The notes: generated by a model not told the origin, from the sequence alone. A DNA stretch of 64,000 nucleotides from an uncultured Candidatus Saccharibacteria bacterium (GCA_964615415.1 CAZTNI010000003.1:79235-143234), one strand, 5' to 3'. Shown: positions 35,677 to 45,121, counted from the stretch's first letter. Numbers and translations: made by a program.

Positions 35677-35904
35677 ATGGTAGTCCGAATGAGACACACC
35701 CGTGCGCACACGGCTAACCGCCGTTCGCACCATGCACTTACAGAGAAAGCGCTCGCAACTTGCGAGTGTGGCGCTGTTCGCGTATCTCATCGTGCCTGCC
35801 CAACCTGTGGCCGCTACAAGGGTCGCATCGTTGTTGATCATGCTGCTAAGGCGCAGGCAAAAGCTACGCGCAAAGCAAAGCGTGAAAAGGCAACAACACG
35901 TTAG
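35677..35904 (+). CDS. rpmF: 50S ribosomal protein L32
   Basis: N-terminal RRSHHAL motif and CxxC...CxxC zinc ribbon (CECG...CPTCG). Confidence 0.75.
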   Translation: MVVRMRHTRAHTANRRSHHALTEKALATCECGAVRVSHRACPTCGRYKGRIVVDHAAKAQAKATRKAKREKATTR

Positions 35905-35985
35905 TTGGAAACAAGAGTGAGGCGCTAGTCGCAACGGGCGGTTCGCTTGTGTATCCAAACGGTTCCCATGTTCCTTCTATAAGCA

Positions 35986-36912
35986 ATGGCTAATAGGCAC
36001 CTTTCAAGGTCAGTGGTCCTCCAAACACTCTTTGAGTGCGATTTTCGCCACTGTCCACTTGATGATGCCCGAGACTCACTTGAGCGTAATGCCGAGGAGT
36101 TTGCTCCTGGTGCGGGGGACATGCCCTTCATGGAAGACCTTCTTAAAGGGGTTATTGACCGTAAAAATGACCTCGACCTTGTTATAGAAAAAGCTGCTCC
36201 CGAGTGGCCTCTTGCGCGTATTGCGCCGGTTGACCGTAACGTGCTCCGACTTGGCCTCTACGAGTTGCTCTTTGCAGACCGCGATAAAGTTCCAGCAAAA
36301 GTTGCCATCAACGAAGCTATCGAACTTGCAAAAAGTTATGGAGGCGAACAAAGTGGACGCTTCATAAACGGTGTCTTGGGTGCTGTCTACAAAGAACTCG
36401 GCGAGCCAGGTAAAGACGAAGTTTCAAAAAAGAAAAAGGAGGTGCCGTACGAACAGATGCCGCTTCAGCGACTAGGTGGCGCTATCGTCTTTGCAAAACA
36501 TGGCGGCGAGTATTATCTTGCCCTTGTGCACGACATCTTCGGCCACTGGACGCTTTCTAAAGGAAAAGTGGGCGACCGACCTGAGATCGCCAACGAAAGT
36601 GTTGAAGAAGGCACTATCCGGGAGATTAAAGAAGAGCTCGGGCTCGACATCACCATTAAAGAAAAGGTGGGCGAAAATGAGTACATTGCGAGCGATCCGG
36701 AGGTAGGGAAGAAGCGCAAACATGTGACGTACTTCCTTGCAGAGTCTCCGTACACTGAAATTAAGCTCGAACAAAAAGGAGGACTCGACGACGCGAAGTG
36801 GTTTAAAGTGCAGGATGCGCTCGAGCTCAACTTCTACGACGACGTGCTTCCTATTATTACTAAAGCGGTGCAGATTCTTTCCCAGGCTGCCCCTACTAAA
36901 AAAACAGCATAA
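35986..36912 (+). CDS. nusB: NusB antitermination factor fused to a C-terminal NUDIX hydrolase domain
   Basis: Residues 1-140 are NusB-like; residues ~190-300 carry a canonical Nudix box GKVGDRPEIANESVEEGTIREIKEELGL (Gx5Ex7REUxEExGU). Confidence 0.75.
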   Translation: MANRHLSRSVVLQTLFECDFRHCPLDDARDSLERNAEEFAPGAGDMPFMEDLLKGVIDRKNDLDLVIEKAAPEWPLARIAPVDRNVLRLGLYELLFADRDKVPAKVAINEAIELAKSYGGEQSGRFINGVLGAVYKELGEPGKDEVSKKKKEVPYEQMPLQRLGGAIVFAKHGGEYYLALVHDIFGHWTLSKGKVGDRPEIANESVEEGTIREIKEELGLDITIKEKVGENEYIASDPEVGKKRKHVTYFLAESPYTEIKLEQKGGLDDAKWFKVQDALELNFYDDVLPIITKAVQILSQAAPTKKTA

Positions 36913-36924
36913 TCCGTTTCCTGT

Positions 36925-37617
36925 ATGCAGAACGACTTACAGACTTTCGAGAAGAACATCGGTATTACCTTCACTGATCCAGCGCTCCTGAAGCAAGCGT
37001 TTACGCACCGCTCGTATTTAAACGAGCATCGCGAGGAGAAACAAGGCCACAACGAACGTCTCGAATTTTTAGGCGATGCAGTGCTTGAACTCGTCTCGAC
37101 ACACTTTTTGTACGAAAAATTTCCAGAACGTCCCGAAGGTGACTTAACGGCGTATCGTGCAGCCTTGGTAAACGCAGTGACGTGTGCAGAAGTCGCTCAG
37201 GCGCTCGACATGAACGCGTTCCTCCTCCTTTCCAAAGGGGAAGCGAAAGACAACGGCCGCGCGCGCGGCGTATTGCTCGCAAATGCATTTGAGGCGCTGG
37301 TGGGGGCAATTTACTTAGACCAGGGGTACGACGTGGCAAAGCAGTTTATCCATACCCACCTCCTTCCGAAGATCGACGAGATTGTGAAAAAACGCCTCTG
37401 GCAGGATGCAAAGAGCGCCCTCCAAGAAAAGGCACAAGATGTCGAAGGCGTGACTCCTTCGTACTCCGTTATCCGCGAGTCAGGGCCAGACCATGACAAG
37501 CAATTTGTCGTTGGGGTATATGTGCGGGACGCGCTTTTAGCACAGGGAACAGGTAAAAGTAAGCAGGAGGCAGAACAAGATGCTGCAAAGAATGCCCTTG
37601 ACTCGAAAGGGTGGTAG
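36925..37617 (+). CDS. rnc: ribonuclease III
   Basis: ERLEFLGDAVL catalytic signature plus C-terminal dsRBD. Confidence 0.9.
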   Translation: MQNDLQTFEKNIGITFTDPALLKQAFTHRSYLNEHREEKQGHNERLEFLGDAVLELVSTHFLYEKFPERPEGDLTAYRAALVNAVTCAEVAQALDMNAFLLLSKGEAKDNGRARGVLLANAFEALVGAIYLDQGYDVAKQFIHTHLLPKIDEIVKKRLWQDAKSALQEKAQDVEGVTPSYSVIRESGPDHDKQFVVGVYVRDALLAQGTGKSKQEAEQDAAKNALDSKGW

Positions 37618-37645
37618 TATTAAAGAGAACGTGTGACACACTCGT

Positions 37646-38143
37646 ATGGAGGTTAATTCTCACATTTCAATAACCAAGTGGGCTCGCAATCTGCCGTCAT
37701 CGAAGATGATCTACCCTCCGGAGCTTTCTAATCGCTTTAAATATGCGCTGTGGCGGGTTATTACTCCGGTCCACCCGTACCTCCGCGACCTTGGTCAAGC
37801 GGTAGGGCTTGCTCGTGCGCACCAAAAACACCACGGGCGTCAGGACTTTTTGCTCGGCACTGTCAATCCTAATAAAATAGAGGACTTCGTATCTTTTTTA
37901 CTTGGTCGCGGGTTTGGTAACCACTTTATTGCGTGGAAGGACGATGGTGAGGTAGTGAGCCTACGCTTAGTTAAAGACTTTGTGTACCAGTACCACATCC
38001 GCGTGTTTGAAGACGGCGAGGTGCGCGGTCATTACGAATTTACTCCGGAGTGTCACCCGATACTCCATGTGCGTGCGAAAGGGCAAGAGGCACGCAGCGA
38101 AGACTTTGCAGAGTTTCTTTCTGGCTGGGAAACATTTCAGTAA
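37646..38143 (+). CDS. hypothetical protein
   Basis: 165-aa ORF between rnc and smc; no recognisable domain. Confidence 0.45.
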   Translation: MEVNSHISITKWARNLPSSKMIYPPELSNRFKYALWRVITPVHPYLRDLGQAVGLARAHQKHHGRQDFLLGTVNPNKIEDFVSFLLGRGFGNHFIAWKDDGEVVSLRLVKDFVYQYHIRVFEDGEVRGHYEFTPECHPILHVRAKGQEARSEDFAEFLSGWETFQ

Positions 38144-38172
38144 CAGAAAGCTCTGATACAATACGACTGAAT

Positions 38173-40419
38173 ATGCGGCTGCAGTCTATCGAACTCTCGG
38201 GGTTTAAATCATTTGCAAAAAAGACCCCGCTCGAATTCTCATCGGCAATTACCTCTATTGTTGGTCCAAACGGTTCCGGCAAATCAAACACCGCAGAAGC
38301 CTTTCGCTTTGTGTTGGGCGAACAGTCGATGAAGTCGATGCGCGGGAGGCGCGGCGAAGATCTTATTTGGAACGGCTCACCGTCTGTGCCGCGCGCTGGC
38401 CGCGCGTCAGTAAAATTAGTGTTTGATAATACTGACCGTGCGCTCAATTTAGATTTTGATGCAGTTACTATCGAGCGCGCGGTAAACCGCGACGGCACGA
38501 ACGAGTACATGCTCAATGGTTCACAGGTACGCTTGCGTGACATTGCAGAGCTTCTTGCACAAGCTAACATTGGTTCCTCAAGTCACCATATTATTTCTCA
38601 GGGCGAAGCAGATCGTATTCTTTCGACGTCTCCCAAGGAGCGCCGCGAGATGATCGAAGACGCGCTTGGTCTTACGGCGTATTTGTATAAGCGTGAAGAC
38701 GCAGAGAAAAAACTTGAGAAGACTGCAGAAAACATGCGCGAGGTGGAAGCCTTGCGTCGCGAACTGGCACCACACTTAAAATTCCTTGCCGCACAAGTTA
38801 AAAAAGTAGAAGAGTCGCACGCCTTGCGTGCCGACCTGAGCAACAAGTATGCGGAATATTTAAAGCGCGAAAGTACCTACATTCGCTACGCAGACGTTGA
38901 CCTGCAAGAAGCACTCCAAGGTCCAGAACGCGAACGTGCAGAACTCGATGTGCACATTACCGAGTTGCGTCACACACTCGACTCTAAAGCGAAGAGCGAC
39001 GTCGAGTCGCACGAACTAGTTGCGCTCGAAAGTGAAAGCCGCGCCGCACGCGATAGACGCGAAGATATTATGCGCGAGCTGGGGCGCATTGAAGGCGAAC
39101 TCGCGGCCGCAGAGCGTTTTTCTGCGCACGAGGAGGGGACGGTGCCGGTCCGAGAAGTGCGCGCATTTGCACAACGACTTGAAAAGGAAGGCGAAGCCGC
39201 TTTGCAGCAGGGTAGTGATTTGCCCGGGAAGCTCCAAGCGCTCTTGGTAGTGGTTAAAGAATTTTTACGTCACCTTGGGTCTGCGTCGCAAGTACCAGAA
39301 CGTGATACTGAACAATTAAAGACCCGCAAACACGACCTTGAAGCGCAGCTGCAAACCGTAAAAGCAAAAGAGGAGCATGCTTCAAAAGCCATAGAAGCGC
39401 TGCGTAAAAAAATTGAGAGCGAAAAGGATGCAAACCGCGACGCTGAGCGCGAGCTGTTTGCGGCGATGGCTCGTCGCAGCACAGTTGAAGGAACGCTCAC
39501 TACGCTGCGTGCAAAGCAGGAACTGTTTATGCGAGAGAAGGAGGCCCTCACGGTAGAACTCCGTGAGGCGGGGGTGCTCCTTGGCCGCGATGCGCTCATG
39601 TACGACACGTTTGTCGTAAAGGACGAACGTGGCGAAGCGCTTGAAGATGCAGACATTATTGCCGAAGATCGCTCAAAGCAAGAAGAGCGTCGCCGTAAAC
39701 TGGAGCGTATGAAGATTAAGCTCGAAGAAATTGGCGCGGGTAATGCGGAAGAAGTGCTTAAAGAACATCGCGAGACGACCGAGCGCGACCACTTCCTTGC
39801 AAAGGAGCTTGCCGACCTTGCAGACTCTTCGGAAAAACTGCATCAACTAATTAAGGAGCTGACCGAAACGCTATCCTCGCGCTTTATGCAGGGGATCGAG
39901 AAAATTAACACGCAGTTTGATGCGTTCTTTAAATTAATGTTCGGCGGCGGCGGAGCTACGCTTACTCTTGTGCAGTCGAAGAAGCTGCGTCGCGGGGCGG
40001 TCGCTTCAGATGACGAAGGAGAGGTGGAAGATGAGGCAACGGAAGACGAAGGGATGGAAGTTGAAGAAGGGCTTGAGGTCGCGGTTAACTTGCCGCACAA
40101 GCGCGTGAAGGGTCTCCACATGCTCTCCGGCGGTGAACGTGCGCTAACGTCTATTGCGCTTATTTTCGCTATGTCCCAGGTAAACCCGCCACCATTTTTG
40201 ATATTGGACGAAACAGATGCAGCACTCGACGAAGCGAACTCACGCCGCTATGGCGACATGATCGAAAACCTGGCAAAGAAGTCGCAGCTGATTGTTATTA
40301 CCCACAACCGCGAGACCATGAGCCGTGCCGGCGTGCTCTATGGTGTCACTATGGGCTCTGATGGCGTATCAAAACTCCTCTCGGTAAATTTTGAAGAGGC
40401 AAGCGCGGTAGCAAAGTAA
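38173..40419 (+). CDS. smc: SMC-family chromosome segregation ATPase, short (~750 aa) form
   Basis: N-terminal Walker A (GPNGSGKSN) after IELSGFKSFA, long coiled coil, C-terminal LSGGERALTSIAL signature and Walker B ILDETDAALD; ATG at 38173. Confidence 0.7.
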   Translation: MRLQSIELSGFKSFAKKTPLEFSSAITSIVGPNGSGKSNTAEAFRFVLGEQSMKSMRGRRGEDLIWNGSPSVPRAGRASVKLVFDNTDRALNLDFDAVTIERAVNRDGTNEYMLNGSQVRLRDIAELLAQANIGSSSHHIISQGEADRILSTSPKERREMIEDALGLTAYLYKREDAEKKLEKTAENMREVEALRRELAPHLKFLAAQVKKVEESHALRADLSNKYAEYLKRESTYIRYADVDLQEALQGPERERAELDVHITELRHTLDSKAKSDVESHELVALESESRAARDRREDIMRELGRIEGELAAAERFSAHEEGTVPVREVRAFAQRLEKEGEAALQQGSDLPGKLQALLVVVKEFLRHLGSASQVPERDTEQLKTRKHDLEAQLQTVKAKEEHASKAIEALRKKIESEKDANRDAERELFAAMARRSTVEGTLTTLRAKQELFMREKEALTVELREAGVLLGRDALMYDTFVVKDERGEALEDADIIAEDRSKQEERRRKLERMKIKLEEIGAGNAEEVLKEHRETTERDHFLAKELADLADSSEKLHQLIKELTETLSSRFMQGIEKINTQFDAFFKLMFGGGGATLTLVQSKKLRRGAVASDDEGEVEDEATEDEGMEVEEGLEVAVNLPHKRVKGLHMLSGGERALTSIALIFAMSQVNPPPFLILDETDAALDEANSRRYGDMIENLAKKSQLIVITHNRETMSRAGVLYGVTMGSDGVSKLLSVNFEEASAVAK

Positions 40420-40475
40420 AAGGCTGCGTGCAGGAGTGAGGTATATCTCTCCGGAGCGCAGCCTTTTACTTTGCC
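40419..40475 (+). terminator. hairpin terminator after smc
   Basis: AAAGGCTGCG...CGCAGCCTTTT 10-bp stem (large loop) followed by TTTTACTTTGCCTTT. Confidence 0.45.
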
Positions 40476-40483
40476 TTTATAAA

Positions 40484-40597
40484 GCCGACCTAGAAAAGTA
40501 GATGTTCAGGAGTACTCGATTTTTCTGCTGAAAAATCGCTCAGTCCTCGCGCCGTCGCGCTGCGGAGCCTCCTGCCCACCTACTTTTCTAGGTCGGC
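40484..40597. repeat. 114-bp structured element bounded by perfect 18-bp inverted repeats
   Basis: GCCGACCTAGAAAAGTAG ... CTACTTTTCTAGGTCGGC; interior contains CAGGAG/CTCCTG pairing and a CGATTTTTC-TGCTG-GAAAAATCG hairpin. Confidence 0.55.
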
Positions 40598-40659
40598 AAA
40601 CTGTGGTTATATATAAATGGTTCCGCTTTACGGATGAACTTTCAACAGAGGAGGCTTTT

Positions 40660-40854
40660 GTGGCTGAAGATGTAAAACAAACTCCTGTCTTTGTGGCAGG
40701 TGACTTCAAGTATCAGGGTTCGAAGAACCCGGATGGCACCACCTCGGTCGTTCGTTGGCCCCTTGATGGCACTCCGCAGGACTTTGGTCCCGAGCCTGTG
40801 ACCTACCTCAACGAGGCTCCGGCCGAAGTGGTGAGGGCTGTTAACCAGCTTTAA
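40660..40854 (+). CDS. small hypothetical protein (64 aa)
   Basis: GAGGAGG RBS 5 nt before a GTG start; converges on and overlaps the rnr stop. Confidence 0.35.
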   Translation: MAEDVKQTPVFVAGDFKYQGSKNPDGTTSVVRWPLDGTPQDFGPEPVTYLNEAPAEVVRAVNQL

Positions 40855-42769
40855 CCAGCTGGAATTCCAATTGGCGGGCGCTCAAGTCCGCGGCGGTCAG
40901 TTTGACTCGCACTCGATCCCCGAGTGCGAGTTTTCTTTTTGTCTTTTGGCCGACGAGTGCGTACTCCTTTGCAGAATAATTATAAAAGTCGTCGCCTATC
41001 GTGCGTACTGGTACCAAGCCTTCCGCAGCGCTCGTCTCTTCTTCCACGTATACGCCCCAGTCGGTTACGCCAGAAATAACCCCGGTAAATTCCTGGCCAA
41101 TTTTGCCCATCATAAACTCAACCTGCTTGTAGCGAATTGAGTCGCGCTCGGCTTCAACCGCTTTTGCTTCTTTAAGTGACGCGTCGATGCACATTTTTTC
41201 TAGCTGGCCATACTCAGTGCGTGTCATCGGCTTACCATCAAGGTGAGAAGCGAGGATACGGTGTACCAACATGTCCGGGTAGCGCCTAATTGGCGAGGTA
41301 AAATGCGTGTAGTACTCGAAGGCTAATCCGAAGTGCCCGATATTTTTCGTCGAGTAAATTGCCTTAGCCATCGAGCGGAGTGTCGCGGTGCGGATAAGAT
41401 GTTCCTCCGGCTTGCCCTCGATGTCTTTCAGGAGCTGTGCGATGTCGCGTGCGGTATACTTCTTTTTCTTACCTTTGTTGCCGAAGTCGTAGCCTATTGC
41501 ACGCACAAATGTTGCAAGCTCTTCAATCCGATCTTCTTTCGGGTCGTCGTGGATGCGGTAGAGGAAGACCATATTTTTCTCCGGCACTTTTGCTGCCAAT
41601 TCTGACACATAATGCGCGACCTCGCGGTTTGCAAGGAGCATAAACTCTTCAATGAGACGATTCGTTTCGATGCGTTGTTTACGGATAACGCGGAGCGGTT
41701 TACCGTCCTTGTCTAACTCAAACCGTACTTCGTTGTCGCCAAAGTCTATAGCGCCTTCGCGTACGCGCTTCTCGCTTAGTTTGCGTGCGATGTCGCGCAG
41801 TATAACGAGCTGCTCGTGGAAGGGACCGCTTCCGGTGTCGAGCGTTTTCTGTGCATCTTCGTAGGTGTAGCGCTTATTGGAGCGAATAACCGACTTGGCG
41901 AATTTGCGCGAAAGTACTTCGCCCGCTTTGTTCATGTGGAAGATCGCAGAGAAGGCGAGACGGTCTTCGTTTTCGCGTAGCGACGCAACATTGCCGGAGA
42001 GCTCGTGTGGGAGCATCGGGATGGTGGCGTCGACTAGGTAGACGCTCGTGCCGCGTTTTACCGCCTCGTCGTCGAGCGCGGTGCCAGGACGCACAAAGTA
42101 TGTCGCGTCGGCAATGTGCACGCCAACTTCAAGGGTGCCGTCGGGAAGTGCCTCGAGCGACAGTGCATCGTCAAAGTCCTTCGCATCGACCGGGTCGATC
42201 GTCATGGTTATTGTGTCCCGGAAGTCTTGACGCTTCGGAAGTTCGCTCGCAATAATCTGCGCGTGGTTTTTTTCTATATCGTGCGCCTCTGCCTGGACAC
42301 GCTCAGGGAAGGTGGTGCTAAAGCCATGCTCAAGCACAATGGCGTTCATCTCGACGCGGTGTTCGCCTGCTTTGCCCAGGTGTTCAACGACAGTACCGAC
42401 GGGGTCATCTTTACCGTCGAACGATACTAAGCGCACCAATACTTTTTCGCCTTCTTCAAACTGCGGTTCAGTAGCGAGGCGGATAGGGCGGTAGAAGCGC
42501 TTGTCGTCAGCGAGTGCAACCATTACTCCGTTATTGCGCTTTAGTGTCGCGACAAACTCTTCCTTAGCGCGGCTCACTACAGCAACCACTTTACCCTTCG
42601 GGCGAGGGTAGAGGTCGGTTAATTCAACCTCTACGGTGTCGCCGTTTAAAGCACCCATAAGGTCTTCAGGGCGGATCTCTATATCTTCTTTTTCGGGGTC
42701 CCAGGACAGGTATCCAACTGCTCGTCGTGTGAGTTCAATCACCCCGGAAAGGCGCTTCTTTTTAGGCAT
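40841..42769 (-). CDS. rnr: ribonuclease R
   Basis: RNB catalytic domain (VGVHIADATYFV) with N-terminal cold-shock-like region and C-terminal S1 domain. Confidence 0.85.
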   Translation of the reverse strand: MPKKKRLSGVIELTRRAVGYLSWDPEKEDIEIRPEDLMGALNGDTVEVELTDLYPRPKGKVVAVVSRAKEEFVATLKRNNGVMVALADDKRFYRPIRLATEPQFEEGEKVLVRLVSFDGKDDPVGTVVEHLGKAGEHRVEMNAIVLEHGFSTTFPERVQAEAHDIEKNHAQIIASELPKRQDFRDTITMTIDPVDAKDFDDALSLEALPDGTLEVGVHIADATYFVRPGTALDDEAVKRGTSVYLVDATIPMLPHELSGNVASLRENEDRLAFSAIFHMNKAGEVLSRKFAKSVIRSNKRYTYEDAQKTLDTGSGPFHEQLVILRDIARKLSEKRVREGAIDFGDNEVRFELDKDGKPLRVIRKQRIETNRLIEEFMLLANREVAHYVSELAAKVPEKNMVFLYRIHDDPKEDRIEELATFVRAIGYDFGNKGKKKKYTARDIAQLLKDIEGKPEEHLIRTATLRSMAKAIYSTKNIGHFGLAFEYYTHFTSPIRRYPDMLVHRILASHLDGKPMTRTEYGQLEKMCIDASLKEAKAVEAERDSIRYKQVEFMMGKIGQEFTGVISGVTDWGVYVEEETSAAEGLVPVRTIGDDFYNYSAKEYALVGQKTKRKLALGDRVRVKLTAADLSARQLEFQLVKAG

Positions 42770-42792
42770 TATGGCCCTACTATAGCAGAAAT

Positions 42793-42821
42793 TGACTTAT
42801 TTGTAGCCCTCTGCTATTGTG
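42793..42821 (+). promoter_or_regulatory. sigma70-like promoter, near-leaderless for rpsP
   Basis: TTGACT-17 nt-TATTGT ending 7 nt before the rpsP ATG. Confidence 0.45.
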
Positions 42822-42828
42822 TGCCCAC

Positions 42829-43203
42829 ATGTTAACGATCAGATTACAGCGCGTCGGCCGCAAAAATGACCCGTCTTTCCGCGTGGTTGCTGTTGAGTCT
42901 AAGCGCAAGCCACAGGCAGGCAACTACCTCGAAATGCTCGGGTTCTATGACGCACGCTCAGACCGCACCGACCTTAAGGCAGACCGCATTAAACACTGGA
43001 TCAGCAATGGCGCTACTGTGTCCGACACTGTCCACAACCTCCTCGTAACGCACAAGATTATCGACGCAAAGAAGATAAACGTGCTCCCACGTAAGTCTCC
43101 TCCGAAGAAAGAAGGTGAAGAGGCTGCCCCATCTGCACCCGCAGCAGAGGCTCCAGTAGCAGAAGCAGGGGATAACCCAGTTGCTGCAGAAACAACCGCC
43201 TAA
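42829..43203 (+). CDS. rpsP: 30S ribosomal protein S16
   Basis: MLTIRLQRVGRKNDPSFRVV S16 N-terminus; Ala/Pro/Glu-rich C-terminal tail. Confidence 0.85.
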   Translation: MLTIRLQRVGRKNDPSFRVVAVESKRKPQAGNYLEMLGFYDARSDRTDLKADRIKHWISNGATVSDTVHNLLVTHKIIDAKKINVLPRKSPPKKEGEEAAPSAPAAEAPVAEAGDNPVAAETTA

Positions 43204-43244
43204 TACAATTAGAAGCGGTTGTTTTAAAAATTATACTTACAGCA

Positions 43245-43604
43245 ATGGCAGAAAAGGATCAGGAATTTTTGGAATTTGTAGTAAAAGGTTTAGTTGAAAA
43301 CCCGGACGCGGTTAAAATTGGCCGCACAGTCGACGAGATGGGCGTACTTTTGACTCTCGACCTGCACCCGGAAGACATGGGCAAAGTTATCGGTCGCTCG
43401 GGCAACACCGCTAAGGCTATCCGCACGCTCCTTCGCGTTGTCGGGATGAAGCACAATGCTCGCGTTAACCTTAAAATTAACGAGCCGGCAGGCGGTATGC
43501 GTGCTCCAGGGGCAGACACGCCAACGTCGTGGAAGGGCTCGGGCGAGCAGTCTCCAACCATGAAGTCGGTAGACGAAGCGATGGAAGACCTTGGAAATTT
43601 CTAA
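43245..43604 (+). CDS. KH-domain RNA-binding protein (UPF0109 family)
   Basis: GKVIGRSGNTAKAIRTLL KH GxxG motif; conserved position after rpsP. Confidence 0.8.
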   Translation: MAEKDQEFLEFVVKGLVENPDAVKIGRTVDEMGVLLTLDLHPEDMGKVIGRSGNTAKAIRTLLRVVGMKHNARVNLKINEPAGGMRAPGADTPTSWKGSGEQSPTMKSVDEAMEDLGNF

Positions 43605-43616
43605 ACGAGATATTTT

Positions 43617-43645
43617 ACAAAAAGCCCCGCAAGGGGCTTTTTGCT
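43617..43645 (+). terminator. rho-independent terminator
   Basis: AAAAGCCCCG-CAA-GGGGCTTTT followed by TTGCTT. Confidence 0.6.
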
Positions 43646-43712
43646 TGACCAACATTCCCTAAGCACGTATGGTCTGCACAGAAGCAACTATACAAGGTAG
43701 TAGGAGGAATAT

Positions 43713-44408
43713 GTGCGTATAAAATCACAGTTGCAACGCGTGCTCCTTGTGGGCAATGGTCACATGGAGAAGGGGGTTATACAGCAGTGTGGGAAAGAAA
43801 AGGTCGGATATCGAAAATTCTCTCCCACGGGGTGGTACCACGAACAGGTGGCTATACATGTAGGGAGTGGGAGAGAGTTCCCCGCATTACTGCACCACTG
43901 TGAGCGGCATCGTATACCAATCATCCAGTGCTCTTCAGGGATTGTATTGCCGGAAGTGGTACCGGTGCCAATTGTGTCGGTGTCAAATGCGGCACTTTCT
44001 GCCCAGTGGTTTTTCCAAGACTTGGAAGCACAGGTGAACATATACAGGACTCGGCACCCAACCTGGTGCTTGGTAGAGTCGCATCAGGCAGAAAAGACGA
44101 CAGTGTCTGCAACTGCGCTTCATATTGCTAACATTTTGGGAATCCCGCATGATGAAATCATTTCTATCCGTGACACGGAAGATCAACTGAAGATGGGGAT
44201 CCCGCGGGAGCATCTTGCGGCGCATGCGTACCATCGGGTAAGTGGTGTAGTGGGCGAGGGAAAAATTGAACTCTCGCTTGAAATCCATGGTCGCGAAGAA
44301 TATGCCGAGGGCATACTGCGCATTGCAAAGATGGTGCACTTGGTGCGCAACGATCTGCAAAACCAGGTCTATCCGGCTAAGTACTTTTTGAAACACCTTT
44401 TGGTGTAA
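43713..44408 (+). CDS. dihydrodipicolinate reductase-like (DapB family) protein, divergent
   Basis: Rossmann N-terminus VLLVGNGHMG; ESHQAEKTTVSATAL aligns with the DapB catalytic E.HH.HK.DAPSGTAL block; TTGACC-17-TATGGT promoter upstream; GTG start with GGAGG RBS. Confidence 0.5.
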   Translation: MRIKSQLQRVLLVGNGHMEKGVIQQCGKEKVGYRKFSPTGWYHEQVAIHVGSGREFPALLHHCERHRIPIIQCSSGIVLPEVVPVPIVSVSNAALSAQWFFQDLEAQVNIYRTRHPTWCLVESHQAEKTTVSATALHIANILGIPHDEIISIRDTEDQLKMGIPREHLAAHAYHRVSGVVGEGKIELSLEIHGREEYAEGILRIAKMVHLVRNDLQNQVYPAKYFLKHLLV

Positions 44409-44438
44409 GGCCGCTCGCCAGAGCGGCCTTTTCTTTTT
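44407..44438 (+). terminator. rho-independent terminator
   Basis: AAGGCCGCTC-GCCA-GAGCGGCCTT followed by TTCTTTTTAT. Confidence 0.6.
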
Positions 44439-44476
44439 ATGTAGACATTTTGTATAAAGTGTGGTAATTTACTTAC

Positions 44477-45121
44477 GTGAATTTCCATGTAATCACTCTT
44501 TTTCCGGAAGTTGTTGAGGCTTATACAAATGCCTCGATTCTTGGTCGTGCGCAGAAGGAAGGCCTACTTAAGGTAGAGGCACGCCAGTTGCGTGACTCTG
44601 TAACTAATAAATGGGGCAAGGTGGACGAGCGCCCATACGGCGGCGGCCCAGGAATGGTCATTCAGGCCGAACCAGTCATTAAAGCTGTGGAAGCTATAAA
44701 GAAGAATAAAAAGATGAAAGTGCTTATTACTGCTGCCGGTGGTAAGCCACTTACCAATGCCTACGCTCGTGCACTTTCAAAACAGAAGGACGTCATTATT
44801 GTCTGCGGTCGCTACGAGGGCATTGATGCTCGCGCAAAGAAAGTTTTAAAGGCAGAGGAAGTTTCTGTTGGCCCATATATTTTGACTGGCGGGGAAGTGC
44901 CCGCACTTGCAATAATCGACGCGACTGCACGCCAAATTAAAGGAGTGCTCGGTAAATTTGAATCATTAGAGGAAAGCCGGGTAGCCAGCCACGACATCTA
45001 CACCCGTCCGGAAGTTTTAAAGCACAAAGGTAAGAATTATCGCGTGCCAAAAGTCCTTCTCTCAGGCAATCATGCAAAGATAGACGAGCTCCGCAGTAAG
45101 AAGTTAAGCAAACCAGAATAA
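44477..45121 (+). CDS. trmD: tRNA (guanine37-N1)-methyltransferase
   Basis: FHVITLFPE and SPOUT trefoil knot GGGPGMV motifs; GTG start. Confidence 0.85.
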   Translation: MNFHVITLFPEVVEAYTNASILGRAQKEGLLKVEARQLRDSVTNKWGKVDERPYGGGPGMVIQAEPVIKAVEAIKKNKKMKVLITAAGGKPLTNAYARALSKQKDVIIVCGRYEGIDARAKKVLKAEEVSVGPYILTGGEVPALAIIDATARQIKGVLGKFESLEESRVASHDIYTRPEVLKHKGKNYRVPKVLLSGNHAKIDELRSKKLSKPE

